Assembly: GCA_963728205.1 (NCBI GenBank)
Contig: CAVSIV010000001.1
Location: 992,001-1,056,000 of the forward strand
DNA length: 64,000 nt
Direction: 5' to 3'
Source of the DNA: an uncultured Chloroflexia bacterium
Lineage (GTDB): Bacteria; Chloroflexota; Dehalococcoidia; UBA2979
In this document: piece after piece, positions 56,101-64,000 of the stretch
Layout of the letters: every line of letters begins with the position of its first letter
How positions within the stretch are numbered: the stretch's first letter is position 1
Position numbers and translations under genes: made by a program
The notes under the pieces: generated by a model
The model's input: only the letters and a program-made list of their open reading frames with translations
Databases searched by the model: none
What the model was told of the DNA's origin: nothing

Positions 56101-56579
56101 ATCGGCGCGTCGCTCGCGTCCGGCATCACCGGCGGGAGCGTGCCGGCGACGACGTCGATGTGCGACTCGATGTCGGAGCGGAAGTACAGGTTCGCGCGCG
56201 GACGGTCCGGGTCCCCCAGGTTCGCGCGCTGGCCGGCCGGCGCGGGGTAGAACGTGGCGCTCAGCCCCTGCCGCACCTGCCCGGAGCGCGCGCCACCCAG
56301 CGCCGCCGCGACCGCGCGGTCGATGCGGCCCTGCGACGCCTGGTACGTATTCGCCCCGACGTTCACGTTGCTCTGGCTCACGCGTACGTCCAGCGACGAC
56401 GCCGGCTCCTGCTGCAGCGCGTGCTGGAGGCCGAGGTCACGAATGGCGTCGGCGTAGATGGCGGTGGTCGAGAGGATGGCCGACGCGATCAGCGTGCCCA
56501 CGACGACGCTGGACAGCAGGCGCCAGTTGCCCGCCATACGGCGGATCGCGAGAACGGGGAGGGACCGAAAGCGGCGCAT
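53193..56579 (-). CDS. Large FtsX/MacB-type ABC permease
   Basis: EIATLRSRG and EFAILRTLG permease motifs; large extracytoplasmic loops. Confidence 0.9.
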   Translation of the reverse strand: MRRFRSLPVLAIRRMAGNWRLLSSVVVGTLIASAILSTTAIYADAIRDLGLQHALQQEPASSLDVRVSQSNVNVGANTYQASQGRIDRAVAAALGGARSGQVRQGLSATFYPAPAGQRANLGDPDRPRANLYFRSDIESHIDVVAGTLPPVMPDASDAPIPADLGAETAQRLGIKVGDRFDLFPYWDEHAPPVQVQVVGLVRATDLTDRYWGGVTDLVDAKQRSWETLDLLVPEATFFGGMTAHLPTVTADYASTYQVRFDHLNSRNARPVADALSRLEQTLSATETRAQVDTDLVQVLRTYDQKLFFTRIPLLILLLQIGGIVAYYLVMVSTMLIERQAAEIATLRSRGATTPQLLAQYAVEGLILAGLAGLAGPPIAAAVISALGPTPAFSALSGGGPLPVHVSSAAYVLAGIGALIAFAALMVPAWRATRTTMVEFKRATARPRPTPLFLRYYLDVALVLIVAIVFWRLSRQPHLFSQGLFGDTRADPFLLTTPAVFMLTVGIVFLRLFPLALRGVAWLVGRTRSVAVLVGMRSLTRNPTHYTRLILLLMFATGIGLFAATFSATLGRSYSDRAAYGVGADVRADQFRGAPAGDVAFVQAVDAIPADVRSPVIRTSGFITTTAATVTTDVLGVDPATFGKVAYFRGDFAPQSLSSMLDTLAQNEAHLQGVPLPVDARQVGVWVQVTDIRGPLSLGLGLQDATGRTINIALGDVRPGDDATQGWRFFTADLQHGLGRFGGALRAAPLTPPITIRSFYVSTNSRIGAQRGAMLIGPALATPAAPPTEDGQTRDLASPFPGAVQVTDFSAPTFEVMQDLVPRTLGDQARPEPSNPAPGAAASISYSWLDAGRSPATRGLRQHTDGQPVVFYLSRPDAAQLGLRPGDTTTLTVSGHFLAAKLAGVFDYFPTYDVAQSRDAFAVVDASRLIAAANASTPDRPVLYSEAWFATHDPGATRRAAVDQLGAQTVDDIVSAQAAQQSDPLVAAGWSGILAIAFGAVLLLSAIGFVVYSYLTAQERSLEFAILRTLGFSRPQIFVQVAFEHLLVIAAGMGLGSLVGVQIGRYMMRFLATDERGLQVLPPFLLSVSWPQVFLVWAILGGVFMVTVGAVVLLYFRLAVHRALRIGDV

Positions 56580-56665
56580 CGCGCGGCATTGTAGGGAGGG
56601 CGATGCCGCCGCGGGTGTTCCCCTGTGATTGGGCGAGCCGCAGGCGTGAGTCCTCGTCGGAACGT

Positions 56666-56757
56666 CAAAGCGGCGCCAGACATGCCGCCGACGCGGCGCG
56701 GACGCAGTCCGCGGCTGGCGTCGCGCTTCTGTCGGCGGCGTATCTGCCGCCGCTTTG
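56666..56757. repeat. REP/REPIN-like element, copy D
   Basis: caaagcggcgccagacatgccgccgac...gtcggcggcgtatctgccgccgctttg. Confidence 0.85.
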
Positions 56758-56859
56758 GGTGACGTTCATGCGCGCACGGCGCCCCCCGGTGCATGCCATG
56801 CGTCCGGAACCGCGGCTGCGGCGCGCCGGGTCACGGGCACCCGGCGCTATACTCCCGCC

Positions 56860-59700
56860 GTGACCCCCCCGACGACCGCACCCGACGCCGCAGAGACGGC
56901 CGAGCGCGCCCCGCTGCTCGTCGTCTTCGACTCGCACGGCATCATCTTTCGCTCCTACTTCGCCCTGCGCGACATCCTCACGGTGCGCCGCACCGGCGAG
57001 CCCGTCGCCGCGGTCTTCGGCTACGCGAACACCCTGCTCGCCGTCCTCAACGAGCTCCGCCCCACGCACGTGATCGCCGCCTGGGACGCGGCCGCGCCCA
57101 CACTGCGCAAGCAGCGCGACGAGCGCTACAAGGCGACCCGCCAGCCCATGCCCGACGACCTCCGTCCGCAGATCCCGCGCGTCCACGACCTGCTCGACGC
57201 CTTCCACATCCCCGTCATGGAGGTGCCCGGCTACGAGGCCGATGACGTCGTCGGCACCATCGTCCAGCAGGCCGCGGAGCGCGGCATCGAGACCGTGATC
57301 GTCACGCTCGACAACGACCTGGTGCAGCTCGTGCGTCCCGGCGTGCGCGTCTACATGTTCCGGCCGTACCAGCGCGACTATGTGATGTACGACGAGGAGG
57401 CGGTGCGCGAGCGCTGGGGCTTCGACCCGCCGCGCATGGTCGACTTCAAGGCGCTCACCGGCGACACCTCGGACAACATTCCGGGCGTGCGCGGCATCGG
57501 CGACAAGGGCGCGGCGAACCTCATCCAGGAGTGGGGCACGCTCGAGGCGATGCTCGATCACCTCGACGAGATCACGCCGCCGCGCACGCAGAAGGCGCTC
57601 GCCGCCGGCGTCGACGAGGCGCGCCTCTCCAAGGAGCTCGCGACGATCGTCTGCGACGTCCCCGGCGTCGCGCTCGACCTCGACGCGTCGCTGCTCGCCG
57701 ACTACGACCGCCACAGGGTGCTCGACCTCTTCCAGGAGCTCGAGTTCCGCAGCCTGATCGACCGCCTGCCGCAGTCGAACCGCGTCGCCGCGCCGGGCGC
57801 GTCCGCCGCGGAAGGCGTCGCGCTCGACGGCGCCACCGAGATCGTGACGACGGCGGCGGCGCTCAAGCGCGTCGTCGCGGCCGTCCGCAAGTCGAAGCAC
57901 TTCGCCTTCGAGGTCGTCGCCGACGACGAGCACCCGGTGCGCGCGGCGGACAGCCTCGTCGGCATCGCGCTCGCGGCGGAGCCCGGCACCGGCTGGTACA
58001 TCCCGTTCGGCCACCGCGACGCCGCCGCTGCCGAGGGCCAGGGCAAGCTCGGCATCGCGGCGGAGGGCGACCCGCCGGCACTCGAGCAGCTCCCGCGTGA
58101 CGACGTCTTCGCGGCCCTCACGCCGCTCTTCACCGAGCCCTCGCTCGACCGCATCGCGCACAACGCGAAGCACGGCATCGTCGCGCTCGCCGGCGCCGCC
58201 GAGGCGGTGCTGACGGCGTCCGTCGACTTCGACACGCAGGTCGCCGCGTACCTCCTCGGCGACTCCAACGCGCCGCTCGAGCGGCTCGCCTTCGACCAGC
58301 TCGGCGTCGAGCTGCCGGCGGCGAAGGAGATCCTCGGGACCGGCCGCAAAGCCGTGCCGTTCTCGCAGGCCGACCCGGAGGCGGTCGGCGCGTACGCTGC
58401 CGCCCGCGTCGACGTGGTGCTGCGCCTCGCCGAGCGCCTCGAGCAGCAGCTGCACGAGGGCAAGCTCGAGTCGGTCTACCGCGACATCGACCTGCCGCAC
58501 ATCCCGGTGCTCGCGCGCATGGAGGCGTGGGGCGTCGCGCTCGACGCTTCCGTGCTGACGGACCTCGACCGCAACCTCTCGCAGCGCATCGCGGCGTCCG
58601 AGCAGGAGGCGTACGACGCGCTCGGCCACGAGTTCAAGCTCGGCTCGCCGCAGGAACTTTCGCAGGTGCTCTTCGAAGAGCTCGCGCTGCCGCGGACGCG
58701 CAAGACGAAGACCGGCTACACGACCGACGCCAACGCGCTCGAGCCGCTGCGCACCGTCCACCCGGTCGTCGAGGCGATCCTCCAGTGGCGCGAGCTGACC
58801 AAGATCAAGTCGACGTACGTCGACACGCTGCCGCTGCAGGTGAACCCGCGCACCGGCCGCGTGCACACGGTGTTCTCTCAGGTCGTCGCCGCGACCGGCC
58901 GGCTCTCGTCCAACGACCCCAACCTGCAGAACATCCCGGTGCGCACCGAGATCGGCCAGGCGGTGCGCCGTGCCTTCGTCGCGCGCGACTGCGGCGAGGA
59001 CCCGATCCTGCTGTCGGTCGACTACTCGCAGATCGAGCTGCGCGTGCTCGCCCACATCTGCGGCGACGACGAGCTGCGCCGCGCGTTCGCCGAGCACCAG
59101 GACATCCACCGCATCACGGCCTCGCGCGTCTTCCACACCGAGCCGGCCGAGGTCACGCCCGACATGCGCCGGCGCGCGAAGGTCTTCAACTTCGGCGTGC
59201 TCTACGGGCTCACCGCGTTCGGTCTGTCGCAGCGCGAGGGCATCCCGCGTGACGAGGCCGACGCCTTCATCGACGCCTACTTCACGGCCTACCCGAGGGT
59301 GCAGGAGTGGCGCGAGCGCACGGTCGAGGAGGCGCGCGCGCTCGGCTATGCCGAGACGCTGACCGGCCGCCGCCGCTACATCCCGGAGCTCCGCGCCGGC
59401 AACCGCAACGTCCGGCAGGCCGCCGAGCGCATCGCCATCAACATGCCGATCCAGGGCACGGCCGCCGACATCATCAAGATCGCCATGAACCGCATCGACG
59501 CCGAGTTGCTGGACTGGCAGGCGGAGGGCCGCCTCGCGCGCATGGTGCTGCAGGTCCACGACGAGCTGATCTTCGAGCTCCCGCGCGCCGAGCTCGACGA
59601 CGTCCGCGACCTCGCTCACCGCCTCATGCCGTCGCTCGAGCTCGCCGTCCCGCTCGAACTCGAGGACAAGTGGGGCCGCTCCTGGGGCGACTGGGAGTAG
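56860..59700 (+). CDS. polA: DNA polymerase I
   Basis: YEADD, GDTSDNIPGV, TGRLSS, DYSQIELR, QVHDEL; TATACT-6nt-GTG. Confidence 0.97.
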   Translation: MTPPTTAPDAAETAERAPLLVVFDSHGIIFRSYFALRDILTVRRTGEPVAAVFGYANTLLAVLNELRPTHVIAAWDAAAPTLRKQRDERYKATRQPMPDDLRPQIPRVHDLLDAFHIPVMEVPGYEADDVVGTIVQQAAERGIETVIVTLDNDLVQLVRPGVRVYMFRPYQRDYVMYDEEAVRERWGFDPPRMVDFKALTGDTSDNIPGVRGIGDKGAANLIQEWGTLEAMLDHLDEITPPRTQKALAAGVDEARLSKELATIVCDVPGVALDLDASLLADYDRHRVLDLFQELEFRSLIDRLPQSNRVAAPGASAAEGVALDGATEIVTTAAALKRVVAAVRKSKHFAFEVVADDEHPVRAADSLVGIALAAEPGTGWYIPFGHRDAAAAEGQGKLGIAAEGDPPALEQLPRDDVFAALTPLFTEPSLDRIAHNAKHGIVALAGAAEAVLTASVDFDTQVAAYLLGDSNAPLERLAFDQLGVELPAAKEILGTGRKAVPFSQADPEAVGAYAAARVDVVLRLAERLEQQLHEGKLESVYRDIDLPHIPVLARMEAWGVALDASVLTDLDRNLSQRIAASEQEAYDALGHEFKLGSPQELSQVLFEELALPRTRKTKTGYTTDANALEPLRTVHPVVEAILQWRELTKIKSTYVDTLPLQVNPRTGRVHTVFSQVVAATGRLSSNDPNLQNIPVRTEIGQAVRRAFVARDCGEDPILLSVDYSQIELRVLAHICGDDELRRAFAEHQDIHRITASRVFHTEPAEVTPDMRRRAKVFNFGVLYGLTAFGLSQREGIPRDEADAFIDAYFTAYPRVQEWRERTVEEARALGYAETLTGRRRYIPELRAGNRNVRQAAERIAINMPIQGTAADIIKIAMNRIDAELLDWQAEGRLARMVLQVHDELIFELPRAELDDVRDLAHRLMPSLELAVPLELEDKWGRSWGDWE

Positions 59701-59706
59701 TCCGCC

Positions 59707-59809
59707 GGCGAGCGGAACGCCTCCGGCGTTCCCGACTCTGCACGCACGGCCGCCTGGCGTGGTGCGTCGCACAGAACGCAGTCGGAACGCTGGAGGCGTT
59801 CCGCTCGCC
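59707..59809. repeat. Second REP-type inverted doublet between convergent genes
   Basis: ggcgagcggaacgcctccggcgttcc...ggaacgctggaggcgttccgctcgcc; each arm is itself a hairpin. Confidence 0.75.
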
Positions 59810-59818
59810 CCACCGCGA

Positions 59819-60325
59819 TCAGCGCATCCAGAATTTCCACCATGGCCGGCCGGCCGAGCCGGCGCCCGCCGTCGCGGGCGCCACGCGCGGCGCACGCCGG
59901 CTCGGCGAGACGACGCTCACCCCGGCGCGCGGCACCTGCTGCACGATCGAGGGGATGATCAGGAACAGCCGATCGACCTCGTCCGCGCTGAGCTCGTTGC
60001 GCGCGACGCGCTGCACGACCGACGCCCGTCGCAGCGCCATCACCGCGGGCAGCGCGTTGAACACCGCGTCGTAGCTGCGGCCGAGCACGTCGGCCGTGGC
60101 CGCGTCGAGCGCGAGCCATGCCCGCAGACGGTCGGCGGTGAACGCGGCCAGCGCGGCGTCATCGAGCGCGTATTCGGCTCGCACCATCGCGGAGACGCGC
60201 GCGAGGCGCTCATGCTCCGGGAGCACCGCCGCGTCGCGGCACCGCGCGGTCATCGCCTCGAGGCGCGTGGCGGGCGGCAGCGAAGCGAGCTCGGTCCACG
60301 ATGTGTCGAGAGGGACGTCGAACAC
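59819..60325 (-). CDS. Hypothetical helical protein with PWWKFW tail
   Basis: SD aggagg plus GTG; good GC3. Confidence 0.7.
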   Translation of the reverse strand: MFDVPLDTSWTELASLPPATRLEAMTARCRDAAVLPEHERLARVSAMVRAEYALDDAALAAFTADRLRAWLALDAATADVLGRSYDAVFNALPAVMALRRASVVQRVARNELSADEVDRLFLIIPSIVQQVPRAGVSVVSPSRRAPRVAPATAGAGSAGRPWWKFWMR

Positions 60326-60385
60326 CTGCGGCCTCCTGCATCGGGAGCGGGCGCGTCGCCCGCTCGCGTCCTGATTACAGAGTGG

Positions 60386-60432
60386 ATATTATGCGAAATA
60401 ATGATCGTAGTGTCATGACAATTCTGTCATGA
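60386..60432. promoter_or_regulatory. AT-rich divergent promoter region with palindromes
   Basis: attat-gcgaa-ataat and tcatgaca-attc-tgtcatga. Confidence 0.6.
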
Positions 60433-60470
60433 GAGCGCCGCCGGCAGCCGTGGCCGCTACCATCGCTCGC

Positions 60471-61316
60471 ATGCCCGAGCTCCCGGAAGTCGAGACGATC
60501 CGCCGCGACCTCGCGCCGCGGCTCATCGGCCGGACCCTGGTCCGCGTGCGCATCCATCCGGGCGGCGAGCGGCTCGCGGTCACTCACGCTCCGCGCGAAC
60601 TCGAACGCGCGCTCCGCGGCCGTCGCATCGTCTGCCTCGGCCGGCACGGGAAGTACCTGCTCGCCCACCTCGACGACGGCCGCACCTGGGTGCTTCACCT
60701 CCGCATGACCGGGTCGCTCGTCCTGGCCGCCGCGGACGCGCCGCCGGGCCGCTTTGAGCGCGCGCGCCTCGACCTCGACGACGGCACCACGCTCCGCATG
60801 AACGACATGCGGAAGTTCGGGACGTGGCACCTCGTCGACGACCCGGCGGAGGCGATGCCGCACAGCGGCCCCGACGCGCTCTCCGACGCCTTCTCACCCG
60901 CGTGGCTGCGCGATGCCCTGCGACGCCGCACGACGTCGGTGAAGGCGGTGCTGCTCGACCAGGCCGTCGCCGCGGGCGTGGGGAATATCTACGCCGACGA
61001 GGCGTGCTGGATTGCCGGAATCGATCCCCGCGCGCCCGCCGACGCGATCGGTCCGCGCGTGGCCCGCCGCCTGCACGCGGCCGTGCGGTTGGTGCTCGAG
61101 GAGGCCATCGGGGACCGCGGGTCGTCGTTCTCGGACTATCGCGACGGGCTCGGTGCCGAGGGCCTGCACCACGTCTACGTGCACGTCTTCCGGCGGGAGG
61201 GACGGCCGTGTCATCGCTGCGGCGGCGAGGTGATCAAGGTGCGCACCGCGGGGCGTGGCACGCATCTCTGCCCGGGGTGCCAGCGCCGGCCCCGGCGGCG
61301 ACGGGCGACCGTGTGA
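60471..61316 (+). CDS. mutM: Formamidopyrimidine-DNA glycosylase
   Basis: MPELPEVE, GKYL, HLRMTG, GVGNIYADE, C4 Zn finger. Confidence 0.96.
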   Translation: MPELPEVETIRRDLAPRLIGRTLVRVRIHPGGERLAVTHAPRELERALRGRRIVCLGRHGKYLLAHLDDGRTWVLHLRMTGSLVLAAADAPPGRFERARLDLDDGTTLRMNDMRKFGTWHLVDDPAEAMPHSGPDALSDAFSPAWLRDALRRRTTSVKAVLLDQAVAAGVGNIYADEACWIAGIDPRAPADAIGPRVARRLHAAVRLVLEEAIGDRGSSFSDYRDGLGAEGLHHVYVHVFRREGRPCHRCGGEVIKVRTAGRGTHLCPGCQRRPRRRRATV

Positions 61317-61634
61317 GCGGCGGATCCGCCTGAGAGGATCTTCTGAGGAAATCTGAGGAGAGGTGGCTGGGCGCGAAGGCGATTCCAGGTGGCGGTCACG
61401 CTCATCAAGGTCGAGTGATTCTGGGCGCTGTGAGACCAATCACTACAAATATATGCGTGGATATCTCTCAGATGCTCGATATTGCGCCAATATGCTCGTT
61501 GAACATGTCGCGGGAGTGTATAAATCATCGCATATTGGGGATAACCCTATTGTTCGGCCGCGAAGGCCGCTGATAGTGTGCGGCGGCACAATCGCCCGCC
61601 TCGCCATCCACGCTCCGACGGAAAGGAGCCCGCG

Positions 61635-62536
61635 ATGATCCTGACCGCTGCGCTCCTCTGATCGTGCTGGCGGCGGCCGCGCACCTGGTCGGCGGGTTCG
61701 TGATCGCCGAGACGTTCACCCGCTCGAAGCGCCGCCGCGTGCACGGCACGCCGGCCGACCTCGGCCTCCGATACGAGGAGATCCAGTTCCTCACGGCCGA
61801 CCGCCTCGTGCTCCGCGGGTGGTTCCTCGACTCGCCCGGCGCCCGCGCGACCGCGGTGCTGGTCCACGACGTCGAGGGCACGCGGGCCGACGAGGTGCAG
61901 GGCCTCCTCCGCCTGCAGCGCGACTACGTCCGGCGCGGCTTCAACGTCTTCAGCTTCGACCTCCGCGGCCACGGCGAGTCGTCCGGCCGCCGCGACGGCC
62001 TCGGCTCGCACGAGCGCCTCGACGTGCAGGCCGCCGTCGCCTACGTGCGCCGGCGCACGGGCGGGCTGCCGATCTTCCTGCACGGCTTCGGGTTCGGCGC
62101 CTCGCTCGCGATCTCCGTCGCCGCGCGCGGCATCGACGTCGTCGGCGTGATCGCCGACTCGCCGTTCACGTCGATGGTCGCCTTCCTGCGGCACCGCCAC
62201 GCCCACGTCCCGAGGCACCTGTTCACGCTCGCGCTCGTGTTCGCCCGTCGGTTCTTCGGCGCAGATGCCCGCGAGCTCGCGCCGATCTCGGTAGTCGACG
62301 CCATCGAGATCCCGGTCATGTTCATCCACGCCGAGGGCGACCCGGTCGTCCCGGTCTCGCACACGCTGAACCTCGCGGCCGCGTCGCTCGACCCGCGCGA
62401 CCGCGTCTGGACGATCCCCGACGTGCTCGACCACTGCGGCTACTTCCTGCAGGCGCCCGAGACCTACCTCGGCCGCTGCGTCGGCTTCGTCGACCAGGTC
62501 GTGCCGGCCCGCCTGCTGCAGGCCCAGGCCGTCTAG
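61635..62536 (+). CDS. Membrane-anchored alpha/beta-hydrolase-fold protein lacking the nucleophile; -1 frameshift near 61658
   Basis: SD aaaggag; MILTAALL(L)IVLAAAA; FDLRGHGES; GFGFG in place of GxSxG. Confidence 0.8.
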
Positions 62537-62566
62537 CGCTCCCGGCCCGCCGGGAAGCCCTCGCTC

Positions 62567-63613
62567 ATGCCCGAGCCGCGGGACGCCATCACCGATGTCC
62601 GCGGCGTCCGCGTGGGGCACTGGACCGACCGACGCGCCGCCACCGGCTGTACCGCGATCCTCTGTCCGGCCGGCACCGTCGGCGGCGTCGATGTGCGCGG
62701 CGCCGCCCCCGGGACGCGCGAGACCGAGCTGTTGCGCCCGGGGAACCTCGTCGAGGAGGTGCACGCGATCGTGCTGGCCGGCGGCTCGGCCTACGGGCTC
62801 GAGGCCGCGTCTGGCGTCATGCGCTACCTCGCCGAACGCGCGGTCGGCTTCCGCATGGGCGAGCAGGTCGTCCCGATCGTCCCGGCTGCGATCCTCTTCG
62901 ACCTCGGCACGGGGCGGGCGCGCTATCCGGACGCGAGCGCCGGCTATCGCGCCGCAGCCCGCGCCCGCGCCGGCCGCGTGCTCGAGGGCAGCGTCGGCGC
63001 CGGCACCGGAGCGACCGTGGCGAAGAGCGCCGGCCGCGATCGCGCACTCAAGGGCGGCCTGGGCACGGCGAGCGAACGGCTGGACACCGGCGTCACGGTC
63101 GGAGCGATCGCGGCGGTGAACGCCGTCGGCGGCATCCGCGACCCGCGTACCGCCGAGGTCGTCGCCGCGCCGCGGGGCGACGGCGCTCGCTCGCTCCTCG
63201 ACGTGGAGGCGATCTATCGCACGGGGCGACGGTGGGAAGAGCCCGCAGCCGCGCGGCGCGCCCCCGCGCCCGCCCCGGAACCCGACGGCCCGCGCCACAC
63301 CACGCTCGCCGTCGTCGCGACCGACGCGCGCCTCACGAAGACCGAGGCGAACCGGCTTGCCACCGTCGCCCACGACGCGCTCGCGCGCACGATCTGGCCC
63401 GTCCACACGCGCTCCGACGGCGACGTTGTCTTCGCGCTCGCGACCGGCGAGCGCGACCTGGTCGAGGGCGGCTATGCCGCGCTCGAGGCGATGACGACGC
63501 TGGCACTCGAGCGCGCCATCCTGCGCGGCGTCCGCCTCGCGACCGGCCTCGGCGGCGTGCCGTCCGCGGCCGAGTGGCTCCACCCGCAACGCCGGCGCCC
63601 CTCCGCGCGCTAG
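62567..63613 (+). CDS. Peptidase S58 (P1/DmpA family)
   Basis: ITDV.GVRVGH, GAAPGTRET, GGSAYGL, GAGTGA, NAVG, DGD. Confidence 0.92.
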   Translation: MPEPRDAITDVRGVRVGHWTDRRAATGCTAILCPAGTVGGVDVRGAAPGTRETELLRPGNLVEEVHAIVLAGGSAYGLEAASGVMRYLAERAVGFRMGEQVVPIVPAAILFDLGTGRARYPDASAGYRAAARARAGRVLEGSVGAGTGATVAKSAGRDRALKGGLGTASERLDTGVTVGAIAAVNAVGGIRDPRTAEVVAAPRGDGARSLLDVEAIYRTGRRWEEPAAARRAPAPAPEPDGPRHTTLAVVATDARLTKTEANRLATVAHDALARTIWPVHTRSDGDVVFALATGERDLVEGGYAALEAMTTLALERAILRGVRLATGLGGVPSAAEWLHPQRRRPSAR

Positions 63614-63709
63614 GCGCTGCGACGGCGATCCCAAGCGGGTCTCGCTGTCCCGCCGATGCTCGCCGCTGCGCCGTCGTTCTCCGCGCGCCCTACCCGGCCG
63701 CCCCCCTCG

Positions 63710-63737
63710 TTGACACGCCTAGGCCCGAATCTATACT
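63710..63737 (+). promoter_or_regulatory. Near-consensus sigma70 promoter of panB
   Basis: TTGACA-16nt-TATACT. Confidence 0.8.
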
Positions 63738-63758
63738 TGCGCCATCGGACCCCGCCCC

Positions 63759-63846
63759 GGCCGGTCGACCGCGAGAGGCGGCCAGGTCGCACGGACGGAC
63801 TCGATGCTGCTCCCCTGTTCCGCTTGGATCGCGAGACCGAGACGGA
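63759..63846 (+). ncRNA. pan-motif-like tandem hairpin leader
   Basis: Two stems, each with two bulged A (63759-63788 and 63819-63846), upstream of panB. Confidence 0.7.
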
Positions 63847-63853
63847 GGCCCTC

Positions 63854-64000
63854 ATGAACCGCATCACGGTGACCGACCTGCAGCAGATGCGCGACCGCGG
63901 CGAGCGCATCACGATGGTGACCGCCTACGACTACCCGAGCGCCCGGCTCGCGGATCAGGCGGGCATCCCGGTCATCCTCGTCGGCGACACGCTGGGGATG
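63854..64000 (+). CDS. panB: Ketopantoate hydroxymethyltransferase, 5' part
   Basis: [19 protein letters not shown]...LVGDTLGM. Confidence 0.95.
   Translation, partial: MNRITVTDLQQMRDRGERITMVTAYDYPSARLADQAGIPVILVGDTLGM

Noticed and set aside
57880-58450. Degenerate 3'-5' exonuclease motifs in PolA
   Set aside because: Common in many bacterial Pol I enzymes.
61211-61638. ORFs in the AT-rich gap after mutM
   Set aside because: Atypical codon usage, no SD and no motifs.

Overview
This is a very GC-rich (about 70-75% by eye) bacterial chromosome segment with about 60 CDS and 3 tRNAs (Gln-CTG, Glu-TTC, Glu-CTC). I see no integrase, transposase, CRISPR array or phage genes. Gene content suggests a high-GC Chloroflexota (Dehalococcoidia-like) organism, but that is inference only. 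Housekeeping genes (xfp, gltX, lspA-rluA, malic enzyme, ctpA, ltaE, polA, mutM, panB) are interspersed with a vapBC module, signalling genes and a Tat-exported DUF1800/DUF1501 pair. A ~16 kb stress/hypoxia-type block contains 3 USPs, an orphan groEL, a pcm-HEAT fusion, a PRTase and acsA-pdhABC-ACP-lpdA, and its promoters share paired DosR-like boxes. The most striking locus is 44.7-47.3 kb: a stand-alone GrdB/PrdB-family selenoprotein (in-frame UGA in a UxxC motif with a SECIS-like hairpin) next to a circularly permuted CcdA transmembrane electron carrier. Other observations are a REP/REPIN-like palindromic family (one copy apparently in frame within a gene), a tandem pan-motif-like RNA before panB, many probable leaderless genes and two apparent pseudo-enzymes. 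About 6 single-base frameshifts look like assembly errors.
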